Assembly (NCBI GenBank): GCA_016183305.1
Contig: JACPEW010000006.1
Span: forward strand, 2,317-66,316
Length of the DNA: 64,000 nucleotides
Reading direction: 5' to 3'
Source: Candidatus Daviesbacteria bacterium
Lineage (GTDB): Bacteria > Patescibacteriota > Microgenomatia > Daviesbacterales > UBA10151
Shown here: piece by piece, positions 8,732 to 18,348 of the stretch
Position numbering within the stretch: position 1 is the first letter of the stretch
How the letters are laid out: every line of letters begins with the position of its first letter
Notes under the pieces: model-generated
Databases searched by the model: none
Told to the model about the DNA's origin: nothing
The model's input: the letters and a program-made list of their open reading frames with translations, nothing else
Made by a program: the position numbers and the translations under genes

Positions 8732-11263
8732 GGTTGAAAAAGTCCCACCATTATTATCTTCTAATGTAACTGTAATAGTATGAGAACCTTTATCTCCCTC
8801 TGGAAACTCCACACGTAAGGCAAACTGGCCTGAGGTTTGAGTAGATTTTTGAGCCCCATCAATTAACCAGGTAACTTTTTTAACTCCAGCAGGAGAATTT
8901 ACAGAAGCTAACACATCAAAAACTCTAGGCACATTGGCCCCGTTATTAACATTAACAATCTGAATAGCTCCGCCACCACCAGCAGTAAAACCCGGAATAC
9001 CAGAACAGCCTTTTGTTACACTAACTAATCTTGCATCCGGCGCTGTTAAAACCCACTGGTCTATTCCTATTTGCCATTTATCAGCTCCTGTAGGATCATC
9101 TTCTTTCAAAACTATCACATCTTTTTCCTCATTATCCTCATTATCATTGGCTAACCTGTGAGGATTGCTTTTGCAAACCTTTTGGCGTTGATAAGCGCTT
9201 GACTCTCCCTTAGGCTCTGTCCCCACAATAAAATATTCTTTCCTGGTAGGGGAACTACTGTGTGGCTTACCATTCATTAACCCATCAACTTCAACTTGGA
9301 TAACATTATCTGGTTTTTGGAAAGGCTCATTTTGCTTACCCTGTAAAGCAGCCACCATAATTTTATTCCAAATAGGTGAGGCTCCTGTGACTCCTGAGGC
9401 TACTGTTGAACTCATATCAGAATTATCATTGTTACCAACCCAAACTCCTACCGCAGCAGATAATGTGTAACCCACAGCCCAGTTATCTTTCTTCTGATCA
9501 GTGGTACCAGTTTTTACAGCTACAGTTTTACCTGGTATATTTAAAATAGAATTTGATCCAAAAGCTGCAGTCCTTGCCCCATTATCAGACAAAATATCAG
9601 AAATTATATATGCAATCCCAGGCTCCAAAACTTTTTTACCCTCTGACTGCCTAAACTCAAAAAGAGTTTTACCTTTACTATCTGTTACTTTCAAAATAGA
9701 GATAGGATCAAACTGACGGCCATTATTGGCAAATACTCCATAAGCAGAAACTAAATCCAATAACCTAACCTCCCTTCCTCCCAAAACTAAGCTTAAACCA
9801 ACTGAAGAAACATTTTCTGGGATAGGCTCCCAGGTAGTCAGTCCCATCCTAAATCCTAAATCCATTACATCCTTCACTCCTACTAAAGCTAAATTTTTAA
9901 CTGCTGGGATATTGTATGAATTACCCAAAGCATACCTCATCTGGACTGGCCCCCTAAACTGACCATCGTAGTTTACCGGAATATAAGAGGGCTTATCACC
10001 ACCAGGGAATTCTGTCTTAACATCAATATAAGTTTGGTTTGCAGTATAACCTTTTTCCAAAGCTTTAGAGTAGGCAATAGGTTTGGTAGCAGAACCTGGT
10101 TGCCTGGGGCTAATTGCCACATTAACATTTGGTTCAAAAGTACAACTATCTCCTTCTATGCAACCCTCAGGCAGAGAATCTCCAAAATAATCTTTGCTTC
10201 CTACCATAGAAAGAATCTGGCCTGTTTTAGGGTCTAAAACCAAAGCTGCAGCATTCCCAACCTTAGCTGAAGCCAAACTGTCAACTTCTTTTTTAACAAT
10301 TTCTTCAGCCTTTTTTTGCAAGTCATAATCTAAAGTGGTAGTTACTCTTAAGCCTCCGCCTTCAACCATTCTGCTGCCAAATTGTTCTATTAGTTTTTCT
10401 TTAACATACAAAACAAAATGAGGGGCTTTAAAACCTTGTTCGCTTTTGCTGGTTCTGTAAGTCAACTGCTCTTCTACAGCAACTTTGGCTTGTCCTTTAG
10501 TAATATATTTATCTTCTGCCATCCTGTTTAAAACTTCTTTTTGTCTTACCCGGGCAAGCTCAGGACGGGTACCATAAGGGGAATAAACTGAAGGCATTTG
10601 GGGTAGTCCAGCCAGTAGACTGGCTTCAGATAAATCTAAATCTTTAGCAGATTTCCCAAAATATAAATTAGCTGCTGCTTCAATCCCATAAGCAGTCCCT
10701 CCATAAGGAATCTCATTAAGATACATCTCTAAAATCTCATCTTTGCTGTAAGTCCGCTCAACTTGGATAGCTAAGATAAATTCTTTGAGCTTTCTGGTTA
10801 AAGTCCTTTCTCCGGAAAGCAAAGCATTTTTAACCAGCTGCTGGGTTAGGGTAGAACCTCCTCCTTCAACCTTACGGTGAACTACTAAATCAAAAACTGC
10901 CCTGCCAATACCAACAATAGAAAAACCTCCATGTTTATAAAAATCCTTGTCCTCAATTGCCAACGTGGCTTCTTTCACATAGTCAGGAACCTCTGAAAGC
11001 TTTACAGGAGTCCTGTTTTGTTCATGGTAAATATCATAAAGTAACTCCCCATTCTTATCATAAATTTTAGTAGCCTGGGCTATTTCCCTGTTAGTTAAAT
11101 CAGAAGGGGAGGGGATTTGGGTAGCAAAAAACACCACAGCGCTAAAAAGCAGAAGCAAAAAACCAACTACCCCTATTAAAATCCCAGTAGATAAATTTGA
11201 TAAGAGTTTAAACTTCCAAAGCTTTCTGCTTTCTTTTCTAACCCTCCAAGAACCATGGACCAT
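8705..11263 (-). CDS. class A penicillin-binding protein (PBP1A family) with C-terminal Ig-like domain
   Basis: EDKDFYKH and GGSTLTQQLVKN transglycosylase motifs; SATK, SYN and KTGT transpeptidase motifs. Confidence 0.95.
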   Translation of the reverse strand: MVHGSWRVRKESRKLWKFKLLSNLSTGILIGVVGFLLLLFSAVVFFATQIPSPSDLTNREIAQATKIYDKNGELLYDIYHEQNRTPVKLSEVPDYVKEATLAIEDKDFYKHGGFSIVGIGRAVFDLVVHRKVEGGGSTLTQQLVKNALLSGERTLTRKLKEFILAIQVERTYSKDEILEMYLNEIPYGGTAYGIEAAANLYFGKSAKDLDLSEASLLAGLPQMPSVYSPYGTRPELARVRQKEVLNRMAEDKYITKGQAKVAVEEQLTYRTSKSEQGFKAPHFVLYVKEKLIEQFGSRMVEGGGLRVTTTLDYDLQKKAEEIVKKEVDSLASAKVGNAAALVLDPKTGQILSMVGSKDYFGDSLPEGCIEGDSCTFEPNVNVAISPRQPGSATKPIAYSKALEKGYTANQTYIDVKTEFPGGDKPSYIPVNYDGQFRGPVQMRYALGNSYNIPAVKNLALVGVKDVMDLGFRMGLTTWEPIPENVSSVGLSLVLGGREVRLLDLVSAYGVFANNGRQFDPISILKVTDSKGKTLFEFRQSEGKKVLEPGIAYIISDILSDNGARTAAFGSNSILNIPGKTVAVKTGTTDQKKDNWAVGYTLSAAVGVWVGNNDNSDMSSTVASGVTGASPIWNKIMVAALQGKQNEPFQKPDNVIQVEVDGLMNGKPHSSSPTRKEYFIVGTEPKGESSAYQRQKVCKSNPHRLANDNEDNEEKDVIVLKEDDPTGADKWQIGIDQWVLTAPDARLVSVTKGCSGIPGFTAGGGGAIQIVNVNNGANVPRVFDVLASVNSPAGVKKVTWLIDGAQKSTQTSGQFALRVEFPEGDKGSHTITVTLEDNNGGTFSTSIGVTVAL

Positions 11264-11363
11264 ACAAAGTGATTATATCAACTCTAGCCTTTCAATGCTA
11301 ACCAAAACTTTCATTGAGCAGCTGCTTGACTTTTAAGTAAACCGTATGAAATCATAAATATAG

Positions 11364-11645
11364 ATGGATAGCATATCACCCCCTTCAAACCAATCCCCAC
11401 TACCTTCTCCGCATGCAACGCCTATCCGGTTTGAGACTCAGTCTCAAGTTAAAACTCCTACCTTTATCGCTATAATCACTATACTTCTTTTGGTATTCTT
11501 TCCTTTAATCGGTGGCTTGCTGCTCTGGTTTGCAACAAAGTGGAGTATAAAAACAAAAATCCTTCTTGAAATAGGTTCGCTGATAGTATTTGTAATCATA
11601 GTAATTTTTGCAGCAATTTTAATAATTGCGCTACATCCATCATAA
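11364..11645 (+). CDS. small membrane protein
   Basis: Pro-rich N-terminus plus two hydrophobic segments. Confidence 0.6.
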   Translation: MDSISPPSNQSPLPSPHATPIRFETQSQVKTPTFIAIITILLLVFFPLIGGLLLWFATKWSIKTKILLEIGSLIVFVIIVIFAAILIIALHPS

Positions 11646-11652
11646 TTAAGAT

Positions 11653-12095
11653 ATGGATACACAAGGAACTATTCAGAATCAAAATATACAATCACAAAAT
11701 CAATCAATAATAGTCTATCCATCCCTAATTAAAAGTCTGGGACTACTATTGGGTTCTGTTTGTTTTATGGGAATTGCTATATGGATGCTCATTGTTAATG
11801 GTTTTAATCTTTTAACGATATTGATTCTATTCTTTTTTACTTTTGTAGCAATCTTTTACTTGTATATGGTGGTTATACGCAAGCCAATTTTAATCATTAA
11901 TAAAAGTGGTATTTATGATCATGCTTCAGCTGTTGGAGTTGGATGGATACGGTGGGAAGCTTTATTTTCTTTATTTCGGTTCAACCATTTAATCCAAGTG
12001 CTATTGTAGTAAGACAAAATTTATTTAAAAAATTTATAATCTCCTTAAACAAATCATTAGGCTATAGTACAACTAATATACCGGGCGAAATTCTT
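11653..12095 (+). pseudogene. membrane protein (STM3941-like), apparently frameshifted
   Basis: TM helices then PILIINKSGIYDHAS..GWIRWE; a continuation (PSAIVVRQNLFKK..TNIPGEILP) lies in another frame. Confidence 0.4.
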
Positions 12096-12097
12096 CC

Positions 12098-13057
12098 TTG
12101 CTCATAGGAATCTTGCATATTTTATCTAAATTGTTATCTTTTAAACCGGCAATCACCTTGGATACACAAGGTATCACTGACCATATCAGTCTATATTCAA
12201 CCGGTCTAATACCTTGGAACAAAATAGAAGCTTTATTAATCAACAGCGAAAGTTTTCATATTCAATTCAAAAAAGGCTTCTCAGTCATTTCTCAAGCTGG
12301 ATTACTGGCAAAAATTTGGATACGGATATTTAACCCATCAATGAATGATCTTAATATCAATCCGTATTTTATTAAATTTAATCAACCTCATTTAATCTCA
12401 GCAATAAAACAGTATTGTCCTAATATTCCAGTATATCTGCCACCTACCGGACATATCTATTATCATTATCAATCTCTCACTGATGGTGCAAAAGCCAGGT
12501 TGATATTTTTTGGTCTTGGTTCAATCCTGCTTGGATTATTCTTTGTATCATTTCTGTTCTTTATAAAGAATGACCCTACCGTGCTTGAAACACTCCTAAT
12601 TTTAATACCAGTTACTTTAGGCATAACTTTTATTCTATATGGTGTAAATAATTTTATCCAAGTTACCGGGTATAAATTTTTGGTATCTTTCCGTGCAGGA
12701 ATGTTAGCAATAGGGGTGTATTGCGCAGTTGCAACCTTAGGATTAGGATCTCATGTTTTACAACAAGCATTAAATTTCTCTAAATTTATTAAAACAGAAG
12801 GCACTGTCATTGATTTCCGGATTCATACTGATAACCAGCTGCATACCCGCTACGATCCGGTAATACAATATACAATCCCATCTAATCCTTCCGACATCAT
12901 TCTTGATAATTTCCTGGATATGACTACCCCTTTAGTACTAGCACTTGTTACTTTATCCGGATCGCTATACGGATTTTTTATTTTTACCCAAAAAAGAGAC
13001 GAATGGATAATCAAATTTATCAAGGTTTCACCTAAACCTCAAAATACATCTACTTAA
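12098..13057 (+). CDS. multi-pass membrane protein, possibly 5'-truncated
   Basis: Similar PAITLDTQGITDH..GLIPWNKI motif plus several TM segments. Confidence 0.55.
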   Translation: MLIGILHILSKLLSFKPAITLDTQGITDHISLYSTGLIPWNKIEALLINSESFHIQFKKGFSVISQAGLLAKIWIRIFNPSMNDLNINPYFIKFNQPHLISAIKQYCPNIPVYLPPTGHIYYHYQSLTDGAKARLIFFGLGSILLGLFFVSFLFFIKNDPTVLETLLILIPVTLGITFILYGVNNFIQVTGYKFLVSFRAGMLAIGVYCAVATLGLGSHVLQQALNFSKFIKTEGTVIDFRIHTDNQLHTRYDPVIQYTIPSNPSDIILDNFLDMTTPLVLALVTLSGSLYGFFIFTQKRDEWIIKFIKVSPKPQNTST

Positions 13058-13128
13058 GAGCCTTTATTAATTTAGGGCATGTAACCCCTAGATCGTAAAT
13101 TAGGATTAAGATATAATATCAATCTGTA

Positions 13129-13211
13129 CCAGAGGTACCCAAGTGGCCAACGGGGGCTGACTGTAAATCAGCTGGTTTATACCTTCGAAGGTTCGAATCC
13201 TTCCCTCTGGA
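13129..13211 (+). tRNA. tRNA-Tyr(GTA) with C1:G72
   Basis: Acceptor CCAGAGG/CCTCTGG-A, anticodon stem GCTGA-CTGTAAA-TCAGC, short V-arm GGT-TTAT-ACC. Confidence 0.95.
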
Positions 13212-13245
13212 CATTGTAAAGTTTGGCTAGTTTTCCTGGACAAAT

Positions 13246-13932
13246 TTAAGTTAAAATTGAAATATCAGTATCTGCCTTTAATCTGAATCTTATTTTAGAA
13301 ATTGGTTCACTTATACCAATTACCTTATACAATACTTGGAATTTAGTAAGTTCTTCAGGAGTAGGTTCTTCAATTTGATTTTGAAACATCTGTAAGTCCT
13401 TTGCTGTTTGTTCTTTAAGCCTAAAGCCTCTACCTGCTTCTGCATCTCTTTTTTGGGTTCTCTCAACAGCTAAGTCAAATGGTAGAGTGAGATTGAAAAG
13501 GATATTTCTGGCTCCATAACTTTGGGCAAGTTGATAAACCTGTTCTCTGTTATAGCTGGTTCTATTATTATCATCCATAATCACGCTGTATCCTTGACCC
13601 AGATAATGGCGTGTTAAAGCTTCTTGGATAACATAGGCTTTATAGTAATCATAATCTGATTCTTTCGGTAAACGCTCAAGTCCAATAATGTCACTTCTAA
13701 GATGTAAGGCAGGGATAAATTCCTGAAGGAGGGTAGAAAAAGTTGATTTACCACTGCCCGGAATACCAATTAGGGACACAACTACCGACCTTGCTAATTT
13801 TCGGTCAGGAGTTTTTAATTCATTCTTCAATTGCTCAAACAATTGTTGAAACTCAGTAGTTTGAGGATAATTTTTTAAACGGTCTCTCCAATAATTATCA
13901 AAACTATCAGGCTTACTTTCCTGTTTACTCAT
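13246..13932 (-). CDS. P-loop kinase (AAA_33/zeta-toxin-like)
   Basis: GIPGSGKST Walker A, LRSD, VIMDDNN. Confidence 0.8.
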   Translation of the reverse strand: MSKQESKPDSFDNYWRDRLKNYPQTTEFQQLFEQLKNELKTPDRKLARSVVVSLIGIPGSGKSTFSTLLQEFIPALHLRSDIIGLERLPKESDYDYYKAYVIQEALTRHYLGQGYSVIMDDNNRTSYNREQVYQLAQSYGARNILFNLTLPFDLAVERTQKRDAEAGRGFRLKEQTAKDLQMFQNQIEEPTPEELTKFQVLYKVIGISEPISKIRFRLKADTDISILT

Positions 13933-13961
13933 AATTCAGGCATATTCTATTATAAATAGAG

Positions 13962-14027
13962 CTATTTATAAATCTGCATCTGTTTAATTGATAAACTGGG
14001 AATCAGGGTCAGACTAACGTTTACCAG
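13962..14027 (-). repeat. cassette-head repeat 1 (16-bp core + peptide tail)
   Basis: CTGGTAAACGTTAGTC core; reads LVNVSLTLIPSLSIKQMQIYK*. Confidence 0.85.
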
Positions 14028-14047
14028 AAGTTTTGCACCAAACTCAT

Positions 14048-14299
14048 TTACTTCAAATGTTTTAATATTTCTTCTTTAGTAAACCCAAGACGTTTAAGCT
14101 GAGTAATATACCTATTAGCTGAATTTGGATCATAAGTCTTTCGGCCTAATTGGAAAGTAAAAAAGGGACGTACGCCAGGTAAGGGGTCTCTGTCATGCGG
14201 TGGTGTGTATTTAGCGTGATGACTGGAACTTATACTGTCGAATGTAAAACCAAGTTTTTTAACACATTCCTCTAAATCTTTTGAGCCAAATGCTTTCAT
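14048..14299 (-). CDS. HicA-like toxin
   Basis: 83 aa, KKLGF...SSSHHAKY pattern; coupled to the upstream HicB-like ORF. Confidence 0.65.
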   Translation of the reverse strand: MKAFGSKDLEECVKKLGFTFDSISSSHHAKYTPPHDRDPLPGVRPFFTFQLGRKTYDPNSANRYITQLKRLGFTKEEILKHLK

Positions 14300-14592
14300 C
14301 GAAATAATCGGCCAACCTCAGAGGAATAAAACTTTTGGAAAATCAAATGTGACTTTATATCTATTTCTTTCTTTGTTTCCGCCGGAACATATCTTATTAC
14401 GTTCCTATATTCTTTGGGTACATCAAAATATACCCAAATCAGATCATTGATTAGATCGTCTAAATCACAAATTTGGTCAGCCTCTGTAGATATATCGTAT
14501 TCGGGTAACTCAGCGATAAATACTCCAGAAGAACCTTTAATTACATTGACTTTTATTCTTTCAGGCAGTTTAAGAAATTGTTGGGTAGACAT
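14296..14592 (-). CDS. HicB-like antitoxin
   Basis: GVFIAELPEYDISTEAD..DL..LINDLI; SD AAGGAGG. Confidence 0.65.
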   Translation of the reverse strand: MSTQQFLKLPERIKVNVIKGSSGVFIAELPEYDISTEADQICDLDDLINDLIWVYFDVPKEYRNVIRYVPAETKKEIDIKSHLIFQKFYSSEVGRLFR

Positions 14593-14655
14593 AATTGTCC
14601 TCCTTATCTATATTCTACTATATTCTGTAGTGTCAAGAATTTTACCATAATTAAG

Positions 14656-14742
14656 TTAAAATTGGGTAAGAGTTAAATTTCTATATATCTCCAACTCTTC
14701 AAATGATAAACCTGGTATTATGGTTCGACTAACGTTTACCAG
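14656..14742 (-). repeat. cassette-head repeat 2
   Basis: Same core; reads LVNVSRTIIPGLSFEELEIYRNLTLTQF*. Confidence 0.85.
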
Positions 14743-14754
14743 GCGGACTTGAAG

Positions 14755-15180
14755 TTATTGAAGAACTTGAAAATCCAATCTATTGCTTCTTTTACCATCA
14801 GCAGAGGTTACCTCGGTCTGGAAACCTCCTGCTGATACACCAGGTATCTTTATTTTCAGCTCAGTTTCTGTCCAGCAGCTATAATCCCAGTCTTGTGTGT
14901 ATGCAAGAGGAGCGCCACCGGAATTATATTCACAGAGGGTTCCATAAAAAGAAACACCGCCTAAGAATTTTGTTGGATCAGGATAGTAAAAAGAACTTTT
15001 TTCAAACCCAAACCCTTAATAACAATTGTATCTCCTATTTTGCCACTTGTTGGTGAAAGTGAATCTAAGTGAACAGATGGATCTGGTGTTACTGAGGAAG
15101 GTTTCCCCATACGGCAAGTTTGGTGTTGGTTGCTTTGTGGGTGCGGTTGTTAGCTCAGGATTAGTTTTAATATCCAACTC
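14755..15180 (-). pseudogene. frameshifted IPT/TIG-domain surface protein remnant
   Basis: Fragments VHLDSLSPTSGKIGDTIVIKG and SCWTETELKIKIPGVSAGGFQTEVTSADGKRSNRLDFQVLQ*, interrupted by frameshifts. Confidence 0.7.
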
Positions 15181-15193
15181 CTGTTGCAACTAG

Positions 15194-15256
15194 CTAGGGG
15201 TTATAATGCAGTTTAAAAAAAAGCAATCTGTATATCTCTAATTCTTCAAAGGATAA
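15194..15256 (-). repeat. cassette-head repeat, partial (no core)
   Basis: Reads LSFEELEIYR; differs from repeat 2 only by synonymous changes over these 10 codons. Confidence 0.75.
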
Positions 15257-15269
15257 GCTAAAACTATTC

Positions 15270-15698
15270 TTACAACAGATCTTTTGCTAATTTATAACCG
15301 CATTTTTTAACATAGAAATCATCAAAACTAAAAATATAATCTGCCTTATATTTATCGGCTACTGCTGCAACAGCGCAGTCAAAAGAAGTATTCTTTTTAG
15401 TGGCTCTAGGATCAAAATATTTAGTGGCGCCAGTGATAATATCCTGACCAGTTGGCTCAATAATCATGTCGGGATCAGCAAACACTAATAAAGTTCCTGC
15501 TGCCATTTGAGGATTATTTAATTTTCTGAACATGGTGGTAGTAGATTCAAAAACTATACAGGAAGGATAAATAACTTTTGCTTCAATCTCTACGAGCTTT
15601 TCAGCGATTTTCACAGCTATCTCATGGTTGGAATCAGCTAAGTTACCTTGAGCAATTATCCCATCGCTGTCAACAACAACTATTGGTGATTTATTCAT
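15270..15698 (-). CDS. PIN-domain (VapC-like) toxin
   Basis: VVVDSD, E, SFDC, IFSFDD acidic PIN motifs. Confidence 0.85.
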   Translation of the reverse strand: MNKSPIVVVDSDGIIAQGNLADSNHEIAVKIAEKLVEIEAKVIYPSCIVFESTTTMFRKLNNPQMAAGTLLVFADPDMIIEPTGQDIITGATKYFDPRATKKNTSFDCAVAAVADKYKADYIFSFDDFYVKKCGYKLAKDLL

Positions 15699-15972
15699 CC
15701 CATGTATACTTATCAAGGTTTGTAGATAAATCCCCAGGCCCTTTAGCCTTTAATTGCTCTGCCATCTGAGCTACTTTTAGTAATGCCAGAGCAGATCCCT
15801 GCTGTTTTTGTTTACTCTTTAGTTCCTCAAATTCCTTAAAAGTTTCCAGACTCACAATTACTGCCTGAGGTTCCTTTTTACTAACAACCTGTCTCGGCTG
15901 TTTAGTTTTCTTAACCTCTTCAAAGACTTTCTTGGGGCTTCTAGATAAATCTCTTATATTGACTGTCAACAT
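15691..15972 (-). CDS. Phd/YefM-family antitoxin
   Basis: TVNIRDLSR...PQAVIVS; overlaps the PIN gene. Confidence 0.85.
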   Translation of the reverse strand: MLTVNIRDLSRSPKKVFEEVKKTKQPRQVVSKKEPQAVIVSLETFKEFEELKSKQKQQGSALALLKVAQMAEQLKAKGPGDLSTNLDKYTWDE

Positions 15973-16016
15973 ATAAACATATTATGACATGGGTCAAAAT
16001 TTGTCAATACTTTTGT

Positions 16017-16103
16017 CTAACAATGTGAGTGACAAAGCCGTTTGTAAATCTCCAGTTCCTTAAAAGATAATCCGGGTATAATGGTATGACTAACGTTTAC
16101 CAG
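16017..16103 (-). repeat. cassette-head repeat 3
   Basis: Same core; reads LVNVSHTIIPGLSFKELEIYKRLCHSHC*. Confidence 0.85.
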
Positions 16104-16116
16104 GTGGACTCAAAAA

Positions 16117-16533
16117 TTAGCGGGACTCAAATTTAGAGGATCTTTTGACTAGTTTGGCCACAAAAACTATTTGTCTAAGTTGCCCATCTTCACCCTCAAT
16201 CTCATTTAAACCAGATAACCTTTGATATTCCCTTAAATAATCTGATAACCCTTCTTTTAATTCTTTTTGTTCTGATTTTAAAGATTTTAATTTATTAGCC
16301 AAATCAGCGGTATCTGGCCTTTTTAAAATTTCTTTTTTAGTATTGGCCCTAATCCTAACTGCTTCTTTAGCTGCTTTATCATGCTCTTGATAAGATTCAT
16401 CATTAGTAAAAATATCATTAACCATATCCCTATATTTGGTAATTTCTTCCTGTAAAGAATCAATTTGGGAAGTATGGGTTTTAATCATCTCCTCAATTCT
16501 AACCAGTAAAACCGCATCATTTCCATCATCCAT
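16117..16533 (-). CDS. hypothetical coiled-coil protein
   Basis: ORF; probable start MDDGND. Confidence 0.7.
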   Translation of the reverse strand: MDDGNDAVLLVRIEEMIKTHTSQIDSLQEEITKYRDMVNDIFTNDESYQEHDKAAKEAVRIRANTKKEILKRPDTADLANKLKSLKSEQKELKEGLSDYLREYQRLSGLNEIEGEDGQLRQIVFVAKLVKRSSKFESR

Positions 16534-16584
16534 ATTAGAACAACTATAATATCCAGAAATTCTCCAAAAAAGCAAGGCTTGATT

Positions 16585-18348
16585 TTAGCTCTTCATCCAC
16601 CTAGCCCTAGGGGTTTGGACTCTGCCAAATTTCTGGCCTAAGCGTAAAACTATGCTTAGTAAAATATAATAAGCTTTCCCATGATAATGTTCTGCTGCTT
16701 TACTTAAATGCTCATAAGCTTTTTGCTGACCAATTTTAGAAGTAGAACCTCCATGATAATGGATAAACTGACTAGCAGGCACAAAATAAATTAGTACTCC
16801 AAATTGCTTTAATCTTCTGCAGTATTCTATATCCTCAAAAAAGATAAAGGTTCCTTCATCCAACAGCCCTACTTTGTTAATTATCTTTCTTGGAATCATA
16901 AAACAGGCCATTACCAAACCTTCCACTTTACTAGGTTTTTCCCCTTGAGGAGCATACATAAAATAAGCTCCCTTCTTTAACAGGAAATATTCCTTAAAAG
17001 CCCCAAAGATAGTAGGCAGGTGGAAAACACTATCCTGCTCACTCATGTCCTCAAAAAATAACTTACCTCCTAAAACTGCCTTGCCTTTAAACTCATCTTC
17101 TGTTTTAACTAATTCAGTAAGACTATCCTTTAAAACTTTAATATCTGAATTAAGCATTAAATAATACTCACCTAAAGAATATTTAATAGTTTTGTTATAA
17201 CCTTTGGAAAATCCTTCATTGTCTTGGTTTTGTAAGTATTTAATCTTAGGCAAAAACTCTTTGATGGCTTCTTTACAAGGATCAATTTGACCATTATCTA
17301 AGACAATTACTTCCATATTCTTGGGATCAAACCCAGACCCTTGCTTAAAAATACTCTCCAGTAATTTCTTAGTTAAATCAGCAGTGTTGTAATTAACAAT
17401 CCCAATAGATAACTTCAGGGGATACTCTACGTTCCCACTTGACGAGTGGGAAGCTAGGTTTCCTTGGCCTGTAATGCCTAAATAAAAATCTAAAACTCCT
17501 TTTCTTTGGGCTGGCCTGCCAAAAATAAACAGTTTTAAAGCTTCCCTTAATAAAGCAAACTTAGTCCTATCTCTTCCATACTTCATCCCAAAAATTAATC
17601 TATTCCTGGTATGGTAATAATCAGTAATAGGGGAGCCTATACCAGTTGACTGGGAAACTTTGTGGTAAATAGAAGTTTTTCCATTATAGTAAACTTTAAA
17701 TTCAGCATTTTTTGCTCTTTTATTAAAATCACTATCCTCAAAATAGAGAAAGTATCTCTCATCTAATCCTCCTAATACCTCTTTTTTAATCATCACACAA
17801 GCTCCAGAAAAAATCTCAGTTTCCTCAACAGCATCATATTGACCCTTATCCACCTCATCAATACCCCTGTGAATATTCCCGATATTATCCCAATCAAATT
17901 TTCCTCCAGCAAACCACAATACTTTACCTATCTCTTCTTTTTTATATCTATCCTTATGAAACTCAAACCCAGGAGCAAAATAAATCTTAGGAGAAACTAA
18001 ACCAATTTTAGAATCTGATTCTAAAGTATTAACTAAGTCTGTAACTAAGTTAGTATCTTTTATCAAACAATCATTATTAACCAGCAAAAAATAATCAGCT
18101 CCCCAAATTTGAGCATAGTCTATACCCTTGTTATAACCTCCAGCAAAACCTAAATTTTGTCCAGTTTGTACTATATTTACCTCTGGAAAAGCTTTATGGA
18201 TAGCAGAAACGCTCCCATCAGACGAAGCATTATCCACCACGATTACCTGTTGCCTGTAACCTTTTGCCTGTAACCTTTTTAATGATTCCAAAAACTCTAT
18301 CGTGTCTTTCTTGCCACTATAATTAAGTGTAATTATTGCAATTTTCAT
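16585..18348 (-). CDS. tandem two-domain GT2 glycosyltransferase
   Basis: Two GT-A units (VVDNAS..NLGFAGG..FLYFED; VLDNG..NEGFSKG..FIFFED). Confidence 0.92.
   Translation of the reverse strand: MKIAIITLNYSGKKDTIEFLESLKRLQAKGYRQQVIVVDNASSDGSVSAIHKAFPEVNIVQTGQNLGFAGGYNKGIDYAQIWGADYFLLVNNDCLIKDTNLVTDLVNTLESDSKIGLVSPKIYFAPGFEFHKDRYKKEEIGKVLWFAGGKFDWDNIGNIHRGIDEVDKGQYDAVEETEIFSGACVMIKKEVLGGLDERYFLYFEDSDFNKRAKNAEFKVYYNGKTSIYHKVSQSTGIGSPITDYYHTRNRLIFGMKYGRDRTKFALLREALKLFIFGRPAQRKGVLDFYLGITGQGNLASHSSSGNVEYPLKLSIGIVNYNTADLTKKLLESIFKQGSGFDPKNMEVIVLDNGQIDPCKEAIKEFLPKIKYLQNQDNEGFSKGYNKTIKYSLGEYYLMLNSDIKVLKDSLTELVKTEDEFKGKAVLGGKLFFEDMSEQDSVFHLPTIFGAFKEYFLLKKGAYFMYAPQGEKPSKVEGLVMACFMIPRKIINKVGLLDEGTFIFFEDIEYCRRLKQFGVLIYFVPASQFIHYHGGSTSKIGQQKAYEHLSKAAEHYHGKAYYILLSIVLRLGQKFGRVQTPRARWMKS
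17427..17457. repeat. TTCCCAC palindromic REP in the GT interdomain linker
   Basis: CTACGTTCCCACTTGACGAGTGGGAAGCTAG, encodes LASHSSSGNV. Confidence 0.8.

Noticed and set aside
13225..13245. Degenerate fifth core (GGCTAGTTTTCCTGG) next to the tRNA-Tyr 3' end
   Set aside because: Needs a 2-nt gap plus mismatches and has no peptide tail; too weak. No duplicated tRNA 3' end was found on the other side of the array.
13246..14664. TTAAGTTAAAATTG shared at 13246 and 14651
   Set aside because: A 14-bp, very AT-rich match that could arise by chance.
13962..16103. Repeats as canonical integron attC sites, pdif sites or a CRISPR array
   Set aside because: GTTAG is present, but there is no properly spaced inverse core or attC hairpin and no XerD TTATGTTAAAT arm. 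The spacers are gene-sized and no cas or intI gene is present.
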